A stretch of 64,000 bases of DNA from a virus: positions 32,001 to 96,000 of IMG/VR virus record IMGVR_UViG_3300046328_000506. One strand, written 5' to 3'. Position numbers and translations under genes: made by a program. Shown piece by piece: positions 10,118-19,767 of the stretch (position 1 is its first letter; every line of letters starts with the position of its first letter). The notes beneath the pieces were generated by a model. The model saw only the letters and a list, made by a program, of their open reading frames with translations. It was not told the DNA's origin and ran no database searches.

Positions 10118-10645
10118 ATGGAAAAAATAAAACTACAAAAAAAGCCCAAAAAAGCGTTTGACAAAAAGAAAACTCCTTTTGAAAAACCTAAGTTTGAAGA
10201 ATCTGATTTAGGTACAAATATATTTATAAGCTACCTACAAATCCCTGTATCACATTTTCCAGCAAAAAATGAGTACGTTAAAGATGATGAAGGAATACTT
10301 GTCAATAAAGAAGTTGATGTTGAATATACACCCTATACAAAAGTCTATCAAAAATCAAATCTAAGATTAATAATAGCGGGTTTAACTGATAAATCTAAAA
10401 GTTTGTATTTGTGGATTACGTATGAACTGGATTCTAATAAAGATTATTTGTGGATTAATGTGCCAAGATATATGGAAGAAAACAAGCTATCTTCTCTAAC
10501 TACATACTACAATGCTATAAAAGAATTACAGCGTTGGAATATAATGGTAAACACTACAGTAAAAGGTGTATATTGGATTAATCCTGAATATTTCTTTCGT
10601 GGTAATAGAATTGAAAAATATCCAAACAACTTAGTAAAAAGATAA
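10118..10645 (+). CDS. RepL-like replication/HTH protein (copy 1)
   Basis: YTKVY, YYNAIKEL, GVYWINPEYFFRGNR motifs typical of RepL-family proteins known from crAss-like phages. Confidence 0.75.
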   Translation: MEKIKLQKKPKKAFDKKKTPFEKPKFEESDLGTNIFISYLQIPVSHFPAKNEYVKDDEGILVNKEVDVEYTPYTKVYQKSNLRLIIAGLTDKSKSLYLWITYELDSNKDYLWINVPRYMEENKLSSLTTYYNAIKELQRWNIMVNTTVKGVYWINPEYFFRGNRIEKYPNNLVKR

Positions 10646-10663
10646 TAAATTAAAAAAATAATT

Positions 10664-11512
10664 ATGGAAAACAAAAATTTATTTAAAGTAAATTTAGCGA
10701 TTGCTTTTAGGTGGGCATTGAAGTATGATAAAAGATTATTTATGAATTTATTAGACATGTTTAAAGAATTTAATTTTAATGAACATGGTTTATTAGATAA
10801 TTATATAATTGATGAAAGTGTTAATATTATAGAAGTATTAACTACTGCAATTAATGAATGTGGAGATTATGAGAGTATATTATCTTTTACTTGGCTGTTT
10901 GACAGGAGAGTTGAATATTATGATTATACAAACTATAAGTACACATTAGCAGAAGAGCACCCTTATAAAGAATTAATTCCTATCATAAAAGAAAAAAGAA
11001 ATTGGCTTGAAAAGAATGGAATAAGTAATTGGAGAAAATCTTTAAACCATGAAAAACACCAACACTTTAGATTTTGGATAAATAAAATATTAACTGCAAA
11101 TACAGATAAAGATAATAACTTATATAATAAAATATTACACTTATCATTGTTGCCAAATAACGATACAAGAGTATTTAGTCATTTATATTTATGTGATAAT
11201 CACAATAATAAGACAGATAGCTTTAATCAAATTTTAAAATATATTTTAGATAACAATATTATTCCAGATATACACAAGAAACAAGTAGAATTTATTGACC
11301 CAATAAATCCAGATAGACATAATCCAAGAATGGTTAAAACCTCTGGTGCTATTTTTGGTTTTTCTTATTTGGTATCTTTAACAGGTAATGAGCTAAAAGA
11401 TATTTATAAAACAAAAATAAAAAAACATCATTTAGGCTATTTGGAAAAACAAAGCTGGGCTTATGTAAATGCTGGGGATGATAATAGTTTGTATTATATT
11501 TATATAAAATAG
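10664..11512 (+). CDS. Hypothetical protein
   Basis: 282-aa ORF in the plus-strand island. Confidence 0.7.
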   Translation: MENKNLFKVNLAIAFRWALKYDKRLFMNLLDMFKEFNFNEHGLLDNYIIDESVNIIEVLTTAINECGDYESILSFTWLFDRRVEYYDYTNYKYTLAEEHPYKELIPIIKEKRNWLEKNGISNWRKSLNHEKHQHFRFWINKILTANTDKDNNLYNKILHLSLLPNNDTRVFSHLYLCDNHNNKTDSFNQILKYILDNNIIPDIHKKQVEFIDPINPDRHNPRMVKTSGAIFGFSYLVSLTGNELKDIYKTKIKKHHLGYLEKQSWAYVNAGDDNSLYYIYIK

Positions 11513-11567
11513 TTGGAACTAATAGATAAAACGAATAGTTATAGTAGTATAAACAACATTTAAAAAT

Positions 11568-11984
11568 ATGAAGAAAATAATTTTAATAGTAGGATTAGTA
11601 TTAGTGAGTTTAGTGGGATATAGTCAGGCAGATTGGGTAGCAGCAGATAGTTTATCAGAAGTGGTTGTGAACGGAAATGAATACGAAGAAGTGAAATCTC
11701 AATTAACTACTATTTATAAAGGAAAGATTTTTAAACCTACTACAGATTTAACAAATACACCAAAAGATGTTAGAGATTGGTTTCTTAGCGGTGAGGAATT
11801 AAAAAGAAAAGATACATGGATTTTTATGATACCATTTAATAAAAAACATATAGCATTAAATGATATAACAAATAGGTATAAATATTCTACAATAAAAGAT
11901 GTTGGTGATAAAAAATACTTTACTTTTTTTATTGAAAAGACAGAAGATGGAAGATATAAATACACAACTTTGTTTTTTAATTAA
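11568..11984 (+). CDS. Secreted/periplasmic hypothetical protein
   Basis: Signal peptide MKKIILIVGLVLVSLVGYS|Q (Bacteroidota Gln +1 rule). Confidence 0.7.
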   Translation: MKKIILIVGLVLVSLVGYSQADWVAADSLSEVVVNGNEYEEVKSQLTTIYKGKIFKPTTDLTNTPKDVRDWFLSGEELKRKDTWIFMIPFNKKHIALNDITNRYKYSTIKDVGDKKYFTFFIEKTEDGRYKYTTLFFN

Positions 11985-11989
11985 AATGT

Positions 11990-12024
11990 AAAAAGGAGAG
12001 ATTAAGTCAATCTCTCCTTTTTTT
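11990..12024. terminator. Bidirectional intrinsic terminator
   Basis: AAAAAGGAGAGATT / AATCTCTCCTTTTTTT between convergent genes. Confidence 0.85.
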
Positions 12025-12031
12025 ATGCTCT

Positions 12032-13084
12032 TTACAAATCTTTTATTTTTTCAAACATTTCTTTTGACAACGGATATGTTCCTGTATGACTTTGCATATT
12101 AGCTAATGCACGTTTAAATCTACCAGAAGGGTCTGCCGCAGCAATTTCATTTATTTGACTTGCATGAGATGTGGTATCCCAATTTTTTATTACTTCTGAT
12201 TTACTATTATCACGCAAATTTATACGAGATACAGTAACTCTACCTAAATTTTGTCCAGCGTTATTTGTTACAGATAAAGTCATTTCGTATTTATAATCAT
12301 TTGGATTTCCACCACCACCATCACCTCCAGTTTTTATCGGAGTAGGAGTATTAAAATCCATTTTAGATGCTGCTAAATACTCTAAATTTTCATCTAACCC
12401 AAGCTGCTTATTTATACCTCTTTTATAAGTAGTTGCATTAGATTTCAATGCTTGATTTCTATTGTAAGCATCTGATAACAGTTGAGCTTGCTCTTTTGTA
12501 ATTTGATTTGATTGAAACATTTGAGCAATTCTTTCATCATCAGGATTACCAAATTTAGCAGCTAAATCTCCTTGTGATGCTCTCATCTTATCTTGGTACG
12601 CTACATTACCTGAATTTTTACCATAAGCAGTATTGCTTGTATCAGTATATTTCTCAGTATATAAAGTACGTTTAGCACCGTCTTCTGGCTTAATATCTCT
12701 TGGTTTTGTTGTAGCACTATACCCAGAAGCCATAGTTTTATTTACAGTATTTACTATAGGCTTTTTACCCATTCTACCTGCATTTTGAAACTTAGGAATA
12801 CCACCACCCATTTTAAATTTAGGGATTATAATTCCCCCAAACTTTTGAGAAGGTATCATTTCAACAGACTCTTGCTCACCTTGTGGAGATGTAACACCTA
12901 ACATTTCTGCAACCATACCTATAATCTCATTACCCAATTCTTCATTAGGTTCTTGCATATAGGCTTGTATCATTGCAACTAATTGTGTTTCAGGATTTTC
13001 TTGTTCTTCCTGTGGCATTTGTTCTTGGGGAGCTTCCATCATTTCTCCCCCTTCTTGATAAATTCTTAGATAATTTTTTTTCAT
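12032..13084 (-). CDS. Putative virion internal (cargo) protein, KFxxGG family
   Basis: RIYQEGG, QKFGG, KFKMGG, KFQNAG; acidic Q/E/M module homologous to 13097..13510. Confidence 0.65.
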   Translation of the reverse strand: MKKNYLRIYQEGGEMMEAPQEQMPQEEQENPETQLVAMIQAYMQEPNEELGNEIIGMVAEMLGVTSPQGEQESVEMIPSQKFGGIIIPKFKMGGGIPKFQNAGRMGKKPIVNTVNKTMASGYSATTKPRDIKPEDGAKRTLYTEKYTDTSNTAYGKNSGNVAYQDKMRASQGDLAAKFGNPDDERIAQMFQSNQITKEQAQLLSDAYNRNQALKSNATTYKRGINKQLGLDENLEYLAASKMDFNTPTPIKTGGDGGGGNPNDYKYEMTLSVTNNAGQNLGRVTVSRINLRDNSKSEVIKNWDTTSHASQINEIAAADPSGRFKRALANMQSHTGTYPLSKEMFEKIKDL

Positions 13085-13096
13085 ATAAGTTTTATA

Positions 13097-13489
13097 TTAT
13101 TTTGATTTTTTCTCTTTGTTTAAATACCCATTCTTCATAACCTCTTGATATGCTTTATTTGCAAGAGTTGCTTTCCCACCCTTTTCCATTTTTTTACTTT
13201 TCATAAACTTTGGTTTAGGTTTAGACATACTACCACCACGTTTAAATTGTGGTAAACCACTTTCATTTTGCATAGGTTCTTCTTGCGGTAACATCATTTC
13301 AGCAAGCATCCCAATTAGTTGTTGTTGTGCTTCAAAAGAAGGTTGTATTAGATATTCCTCAACCATAGCTTTTATATCTGCACCTTCTGCTTGTGTTTCC
13401 TCTTGTGGCATTTCCTCCATTTGAGGTGAAGGCATACTATCTACACCCTCTTGAAATTTTCTTAGTTTTAATTTATTATTATTACTCAT
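13097..13489 (-). CDS. Putative virion internal protein, KFxxGG family
   Basis: RKFQEG, QFKRGG, KMEKGG. ATG at 13489 preferred because a TAACTTTG promoter box (13508-13515) overlaps the track's TTG start. Confidence 0.65.
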   Translation of the reverse strand: MSNNNKLKLRKFQEGVDSMPSPQMEEMPQEETQAEGADIKAMVEEYLIQPSFEAQQQLIGMLAEMMLPQEEPMQNESGLPQFKRGGSMSKPKPKFMKSKKMEKGGKATLANKAYQEVMKNGYLNKEKKSK

Positions 13490-13633
13490 GTTAAATGTTT
13501 TTGTTTGCAAAGTTAGTTATTAAAATAGACAAATGTTATTGACTGTGTATTGTTCATGTAATTTAGCGTAAATTTATTTATGTATTTAGCTAATGTAGTT
13601 TTGTAGGTATCTAATGCTATAAAATCAGAAAGA

Positions 13634-15013
13634 TTATTCTTCAACATATTGTGGGTTTTGTTTATTGTGAATATCTATTATTTTGATTAATTCTTTTCCA
13701 ATTTTTTCTAAGTCTTTTGGTGTTTTAGCTAATAGTGTTTTATCAATTAATTTCTTAGTATGTTTTCTTGAAAATATCCTTTCTCCACCTTGCAATTCTG
13801 TTTGCACTTCTCCATTTTCATCTAATAGATACATGCCACCTTTTTTTAGTTTAGATAAGATATTGCCTCCTAATTCATGTTTATTCCATTTAGAAGCGTT
13901 TTGTGCAAATACAGCTCTTTTTTTCGTAAGGGGATTTTTAGAATGTGTAAGTTCTTCTGTACTTTTACCTGTACGTTTTTTAGTTTCAGTAAATTTACCT
14001 TTGTTTTTCGGGTCTATATTTATCCCACCTTTTTCTAATTTAATACTTTTAAGGAATGTATTTTTATTATAATCTATATTTTGTTTTTCAAAATCATTAA
14101 TTACATCTTTTGATATAGATAATCTATTACTTTTATCTTTAACTTTTCGTAGTAAATCAGCTATACCATCAATCATATCTTTTGATTTAATAGGAAGTGC
14201 TGTATATAAATTCTCCCCTAATTGAGCTAAACCTTTTGTATTACTTATTTTCCTTAAATAACCTTGAACTGATTTGTTTTTATTTTCAACTAATTTACCA
14301 CTACTCGTAGAGTACCCATCTAATGTGTGGTCTCTTACAGTATTAGTTTTAGATAATACAAATTCCATTGTTGTATCACCTTGATTTAATTTGTTATTTA
14401 TAACCCCACCATCTTCAAATTTACAGCCATCTTCACATTTCCATTTTTTTCTTGCTAATCTTAATCTTGAATTAGGGTTCTTTGCTGCTTTTGGAAACAT
14501 TTTCATTTGTCCTGCACTTCTGGCACAATAAGATTTCTTTCTACTTCCCCCTTCTGGTTGTGGTGGTTTTAAATTACTTCCAGGATTTTCTCTGTTATAA
14601 GAATCTCTGCCTTTCTGATTCAGCCCACCCGTCTTCGATTGTCCTTCAGTCCTTGTCCAAGCCCCTCCTTGTTTGTATTTTATAATATCGCCAGTTTTAA
14701 TCTTAGCATAGATTGGTAATTCTAATACAGCATCAGTATTGTATGTTGTTAGCTTCTCACTATTTGGGTCATTGCGTTTAACTACATTAGTAACTACACC
14801 TTTTTTTATAAAAGCTAATTTTAATGGAAATCCTACTCCAGCCATTGTAATTGATTTCTCTTTACCCTGCTCTGGAAATTTTAATAGCATATTTGAAGGT
14901 TCAGATTTACCTCTCTGCCCTTGTTTTAATTCTTCGTTAGTTTCTGCTAATTCTACATTTAAAGGTGCATTATTAACAGTAATTGTTTTATTTTTGAATC
15001 TTAGTTTTTCCAT
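13634..15013 (-). CDS. Modular protein: DUF192-like N-domain plus small basic modules (DUF6321-like), separated by KxxxGG motifs
   Basis: VELAET...MLLKF...M.GV.FPL.LAFI...AVLEL (DUF192-like); AWTRTEG.SKTGGLN.KGR.SY...RKKSYCAR; IDPKNKGKFT...KRAVFAQNA.KW. Confidence 0.65.
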   Translation of the reverse strand: MEKLRFKNKTITVNNAPLNVELAETNEELKQGQRGKSEPSNMLLKFPEQGKEKSITMAGVGFPLKLAFIKKGVVTNVVKRNDPNSEKLTTYNTDAVLELPIYAKIKTGDIIKYKQGGAWTRTEGQSKTGGLNQKGRDSYNRENPGSNLKPPQPEGGSRKKSYCARSAGQMKMFPKAAKNPNSRLRLARKKWKCEDGCKFEDGGVINNKLNQGDTTMEFVLSKTNTVRDHTLDGYSTSSGKLVENKNKSVQGYLRKISNTKGLAQLGENLYTALPIKSKDMIDGIADLLRKVKDKSNRLSISKDVINDFEKQNIDYNKNTFLKSIKLEKGGINIDPKNKGKFTETKKRTGKSTEELTHSKNPLTKKRAVFAQNASKWNKHELGGNILSKLKKGGMYLLDENGEVQTELQGGERIFSRKHTKKLIDKTLLAKTPKDLEKIGKELIKIIDIHNKQNPQYVEE

Positions 15014-16442
15014 TTCTAATGCTTTTAAATTCTTTTGTATTATTATGTGTGTTAGCCATAAGCTGCTGCTTAAAAAAGTTTCCTATATCTTGAAGCGAAG
15101 CTGAACCGTTTTTATGTTTTTGTACTAATCTATCTAATTGTGTAGAATTATCTTTTGTTAATATTAATTCATTTGATTCTATTTCAGCAGTTTTCTCACA
15201 ATTACCATCTGTACTACAATAGACCACAGGAATACCTTTACCTCCAAACCCTAATTCTTGTGGGATATTATTTCTATTTTTATGTAGTACACCTTTTGGG
15301 ATTATGTTGATGCCACCTGTTTGAAACTTAAAAGGACTCACTCCTACTTTATCTATTATAGGTTCTCTACTTGCTATTTTAGATTTAGCACGAGGAACAC
15401 TCATATCAATTTTTGGTTCTCTTTCTGGTTTAACTGCATATTTATCAGCTAATCTTTCTGTGAGAGGCTTGCCCTCTCTAATTCTTGGTACATTGCTATC
15501 CATTTTTTCATCAATCATATAAGGTTGATTTGGGTACTTATAATCTTGATAACCAACAGGTTCACTTACTCTATCTGTATTAGTTGAAGTTTGGTTTCTT
15601 TCTTCTTGTGTGAGTAGTGGTTTATATTGGTGTGTATTATCTATTCTTTGTAATTCTCTATTTAATTCATTAAACTTTATTGCATATTCATCAGCAGTTA
15701 ATTCTCCTGCACTATCATACAATTCTTTAAGTTTATTTTTTAAGAATGTTGTAGGATTATTTTCTCCCCCTTGCTGGAATTTTAATTTACGGAATTTTAA
15801 TTCCCCCCCTGTGTTATAATCATTAAAACTTTTACCCACAGCTGTATTTGCTGTACCTAATTGTCCAAACTTTTTAAGTCCTTGCTTTACAACATTTGAA
15901 GCAAACTTTCCTGCTCCTGGAATTGGGATTAAACTTGCCCCCAATCCAGCACCATAACTTGCAGCATCTGTATAATTTCCTTTTGCTACATTTTCTAATA
16001 AGCCATAAGCATTAGCTACGGTTGATGTTCCTGGTAATGTTTCTAAACCAGCTCGTACAACATTTTTAGCTATTTGTCTATTTTCAGTTCTATCAATATT
16101 TTCTTCCCTTTGATTTAAACTTTGTTGTGCATTTCTTTCTTCAATAGATGGGAAATTCAACTTCTCTTTTAGAGTTGGGGCTAATGGTTTAAATTGTTTC
16201 TGTTGTACCCCAGTAGAATCTCTTTGTACGCTTTCATATTTGCTTTGTAAGGCATTATCTTTTCCCAGACGTATATTTGTACCACCTGACTGTAATAATG
16301 GTTTATAAGGCAATTGTGAGCCTGATTTGTAAAAAGGAAATTTTATTTTCAAATTTATAGGGTAGGGTGTAGACTGAAAATCATCGTGTTTTTTAACACC
16401 ACGCTTTTTCATCTTATTAAATTTTATTTTATCAGTTTCCAT
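14988..16442 (-). CDS. Putative virion internal protein, KFxxGG family
   Basis: LLQSGG, KFQQGG, KFQTGG; C-terminal IIPKGVLHK...KGIPVV...AEIESNELIL module. Confidence 0.65.
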   Translation of the reverse strand: METDKIKFNKMKKRGVKKHDDFQSTPYPINLKIKFPFYKSGSQLPYKPLLQSGGTNIRLGKDNALQSKYESVQRDSTGVQQKQFKPLAPTLKEKLNFPSIEERNAQQSLNQREENIDRTENRQIAKNVVRAGLETLPGTSTVANAYGLLENVAKGNYTDAASYGAGLGASLIPIPGAGKFASNVVKQGLKKFGQLGTANTAVGKSFNDYNTGGELKFRKLKFQQGGENNPTTFLKNKLKELYDSAGELTADEYAIKFNELNRELQRIDNTHQYKPLLTQEERNQTSTNTDRVSEPVGYQDYKYPNQPYMIDEKMDSNVPRIREGKPLTERLADKYAVKPEREPKIDMSVPRAKSKIASREPIIDKVGVSPFKFQTGGINIIPKGVLHKNRNNIPQELGFGGKGIPVVYCSTDGNCEKTAEIESNELILTKDNSTQLDRLVQKHKNGSASLQDIGNFFKQQLMANTHNNTKEFKSIRNGKTKIQK

Positions 16443-17230
16443 TACGAAAATATGTTATTGTTATCTTTGTAGATTGCCATTATTTCAGATAGTTTTTCTT
16501 TTATATATTTTACTGTAGTATGTTCTTCTATTGTTTTAGTGCAATCTTTATCTATTGCTACAAGCAAACTTCCAAGTAGTGCAAAGTTCTTACCATCTCT
16601 TTCTATATTAATTACATTATTTGGTAGATTATCGTTATCTATATGCTCTATTAAAATAGGATAAGATATAAGTATTTCTAATTCATGTTGTTCTAATATT
16701 CCAGCAACTAACAATGGTAGGTTCTTTGATGTTTTATTATAAAATAAACACTCTAGCTTTTCGTATTTAGCAAGTTCCTCATAATGAGAAGATAAAGGCA
16801 TTGCTTGATAGTTGTATATTGTAGAATGTTTTATACTAATAGCTTCTTGAAATCTAAAAGAAAAATTTTTAAAACCTTTTGCTACTCCATTGTGATATAT
16901 TGCAATGCTAACGGTTTGAGCATCTAAGTTTTCTCTAAGTTCTTTTAGTATATGATTTATCTTAATTCCATCAAGTAATACATTCCTATTTAGTTTGTAT
17001 TCTAACATTTTATCTTTTAACACCTCTTCTCTCTGTGCTTGTTTTCTAAGTTCTATTACAGCTAATTCAGTTTCAACAGTTTCTATTTGCTGGTCTTGTG
17101 CTTGTTTAAATTTTAACTTAGTAGCGTAATAATCATATAACAATTTAGCACCCTCACGTAAAAGATAAATAAGTCCCCCAAAAACTGTTATTAATAAAAT
17201 GTTGTATTGTTCTATAACTGTCTGTAACAT
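16442..17230 (-). CDS. Membrane-anchored protein (N-terminal TM, coiled coil, GAF-like C-domain)
   Basis: TM ILLITVFGGLIYLL; ILKELRENLDAQTVSIAIYHNG motif. Confidence 0.6.
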   Translation of the reverse strand: MLQTVIEQYNILLITVFGGLIYLLREGAKLLYDYYATKLKFKQAQDQQIETVETELAVIELRKQAQREEVLKDKMLEYKLNRNVLLDGIKINHILKELRENLDAQTVSIAIYHNGVAKGFKNFSFRFQEAISIKHSTIYNYQAMPLSSHYEELAKYEKLECLFYNKTSKNLPLLVAGILEQHELEILISYPILIEHIDNDNLPNNVINIERDGKNFALLGSLLVAIDKDCTKTIEEHTTVKYIKEKLSEIMAIYKDNNNIFS

Positions 17231-17234
17231 GATT

Positions 17235-19748
17235 TTATCTTTTAAATTTTAGTGGAACTCCTCCCTGTTTCATTGTTGGAATACTACCCTGTTTATTTTG
17301 TTGTAAATATTGATTATATGCTTGCTGTAACTGTTGTTGCATAGTAGTATCAGTAGCTTGTATTTGTGTAATTTTACCTTCTTGTATCATTTGATTAACA
17401 AACTCTTGATAACTTAATTGCTTATTTGGAACTTGTTGCACGTTAGCTTGCTGACCTCCAATTAAATTAGGTAACATTCCTGTAATTGCACCTGTTATAT
17501 TACCTGCTCCTGTGGGACTTGTACCACTTCCAAACATACTTCCGACACCCTGCATTACAGCAGCATTACTTAATAATGAAGTCAATCCTCCTAATTGATG
17601 TTTGTTTTTATTCTTTAAGTATACATTGCTCCAAAGACCTCTTTTAGTTTCTTTCCCATTTTTTGTAATATATGTGTTCTTATCTTTTAAATAACCACCT
17701 TTTTTATAACCTGTAACACTTATCATTGGTTTAAATTTTGTATCAGGTTTCCTTGTGTTTGTAGTACCACGTATTACTTTTTTAGTTCTACCTGTATCAT
17801 CACTTAGTTCATCAACAATGTTATAACCTGTATTTGCTTTTTTATTTATATTAAAGTTTTCATACAAAGTTCTTTTTTGTGTGGGCTCAAAAGGTTTATA
17901 ATCACTAAATGTATAGTGCGAAATACCAGATATAGATGTTGGGTGTCCTATTGTTTCAGCACCAAGTCTGTCAAAACTAATGCCGTTATCATTAGCCATA
18001 TTTGCTTGTTGTTCTCCTAATTTATTAGCTTCTTTAATTTTCCCAGCTTTAAATAGTTTTGATGCTTGATAACCAAGTTCTTTTATTTTTTCTAATATAT
18101 CTGGATTTGTACCACCAGTTTGCAATCTCTTAGCTCTTATAGTAAATGGTTTCAACATTGTAGGTTTCTCAGCAATTCTTTCTTTTGTTTTTGGGTCATA
18201 GTAAATCCTATCGTATAATTGCATTGGAGTACCTAATCCCACATCTGATTTTTTATTTTTTTCAAAAACATTTGGTGCTAAATCCCACTTATCATAAAAG
18301 CTAACGTAATCACCCTTTTCATCTTTGCCAACATTTGCTGTGTAATTTCCCATAACAGAAGCATCTATATCTTGTAAATTCTTTTTCCCAAAAGGGAGAA
18401 GTGGTAAATTATTTTTTAATGCTTTAATGCGTTCTCTTTCTTCTGGCAGTTGTGCTTCATCACTTAATGATACTGCCATTTCATCATCAATACTTAATCC
18501 TTTTGTATCTGTATGAGCTTTTCTATAAGTTTCAAAAAGTTTAGTTTTTATGTCATCATCTTTAAAAGTATAGTATGTATCATTCTTATTATCTCCTTTT
18601 GACGGACTTGTTTTAGATTTAACTATAGTGCCGTTGTCTTGATAACTTTCGTCTCCACCTAAATACATTTTAAAAGCATCCATTCTTCTTTTATCTCCAG
18701 CATCAGGTTCACCCATATTGCGATTGTTTTCCGTAACTTTTTTAAAAATAGAATTTGCTTTATCTAAAAAATTTGAATTATTTTCTACTTTTACATCTTC
18801 ACCATAACCAAATGGATGAATGTTTTCACTTACCCATTTACTTACGCCAGACAGTTCTTTTTTTTGTATAGGTACATTAGCTGATGGATTTTGTTTTTTC
18901 CATTTTTCCGCCATTACTTTTTCAGTATTATTTTTAGGATTTTTTACAAATGCAGGAACATTACCCCCCTGCTGAAACTTCTCTATAACTATTATTTGTT
19001 TTTCAGCATTAGGTATTTGTGTAATAAAATCTCTTAATGACTTACCTGAGCTTTTAGCTGATTGTTTTATCTTTTCTTTTGTTGAGTTATCATACTTCTT
19101 ACCTTTACCAACACCACTCATTTCATGTATTCCATCTATAATCTGTTGCGGTAAGTCAAATAGTATATCTGTATCTATTCCATCAGTGTCTTTATTACAA
19201 CTACAATCAGTTACTCCTCCTTTTTGGAATTTAAGTTTCCCACCTTTACGAAATGACCTCATACCAAACGCAGGACTATTAAAACTATTTTGTTGTTGCA
19301 TAAGTCCTTGATTAATACCGCTTTGATTAGCCTTATTTATTTGAGCTTCTTTTTGCTTTTGTAATTGCTTTTTAATTTCTTCTAATTTTTCATCATTAGA
19401 ATTGTCTTTAACTCCAAATATTTTTCCAAGTGGTGTAGCTGCAATAGCTCCTGTTACATTTCCTTTTGATAAGTTAGATAACATATTTACACTCGAACCA
19501 ATTGGGTCTAATGTGCTTTTTAGTACACCACCAGCAATAGAACTATTATCTTGGCAAACTTCTTTCCCTGTAACTGGGTCTATTTCACAATCTTCTTTCC
19601 CAAACTTCTTAGATAAAGCTGCTGCTGTGTTCATTACTTGCCCTGCACCAGGAACAAAAGCATCTGCCACACCAGATACAGTTTGTCTTGCCATATCTGC
19701 TGTAGCATTTGGCACTTTTGCACCACTATAAAATTTTAACTTTTTCAT
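17235..19748 (-). CDS. Large modular putative cargo protein, KFxxGG family
   Basis: At least seven KxxxGG motifs; lies directly after the muzzle gene, where crAss-like phages encode cargo protein. Confidence 0.65.
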   Translation of the reverse strand: MKKLKFYSGAKVPNATADMARQTVSGVADAFVPGAGQVMNTAAALSKKFGKEDCEIDPVTGKEVCQDNSSIAGGVLKSTLDPIGSSVNMLSNLSKGNVTGAIAATPLGKIFGVKDNSNDEKLEEIKKQLQKQKEAQINKANQSGINQGLMQQQNSFNSPAFGMRSFRKGGKLKFQKGGVTDCSCNKDTDGIDTDILFDLPQQIIDGIHEMSGVGKGKKYDNSTKEKIKQSAKSSGKSLRDFITQIPNAEKQIIVIEKFQQGGNVPAFVKNPKNNTEKVMAEKWKKQNPSANVPIQKKELSGVSKWVSENIHPFGYGEDVKVENNSNFLDKANSIFKKVTENNRNMGEPDAGDKRRMDAFKMYLGGDESYQDNGTIVKSKTSPSKGDNKNDTYYTFKDDDIKTKLFETYRKAHTDTKGLSIDDEMAVSLSDEAQLPEERERIKALKNNLPLLPFGKKNLQDIDASVMGNYTANVGKDEKGDYVSFYDKWDLAPNVFEKNKKSDVGLGTPMQLYDRIYYDPKTKERIAEKPTMLKPFTIRAKRLQTGGTNPDILEKIKELGYQASKLFKAGKIKEANKLGEQQANMANDNGISFDRLGAETIGHPTSISGISHYTFSDYKPFEPTQKRTLYENFNINKKANTGYNIVDELSDDTGRTKKVIRGTTNTRKPDTKFKPMISVTGYKKGGYLKDKNTYITKNGKETKRGLWSNVYLKNKNKHQLGGLTSLLSNAAVMQGVGSMFGSGTSPTGAGNITGAITGMLPNLIGGQQANVQQVPNKQLSYQEFVNQMIQEGKITQIQATDTTMQQQLQQAYNQYLQQNKQGSIPTMKQGGVPLKFKR

Positions 19749-19767
19749 TCTATATTTGTATAATTTC

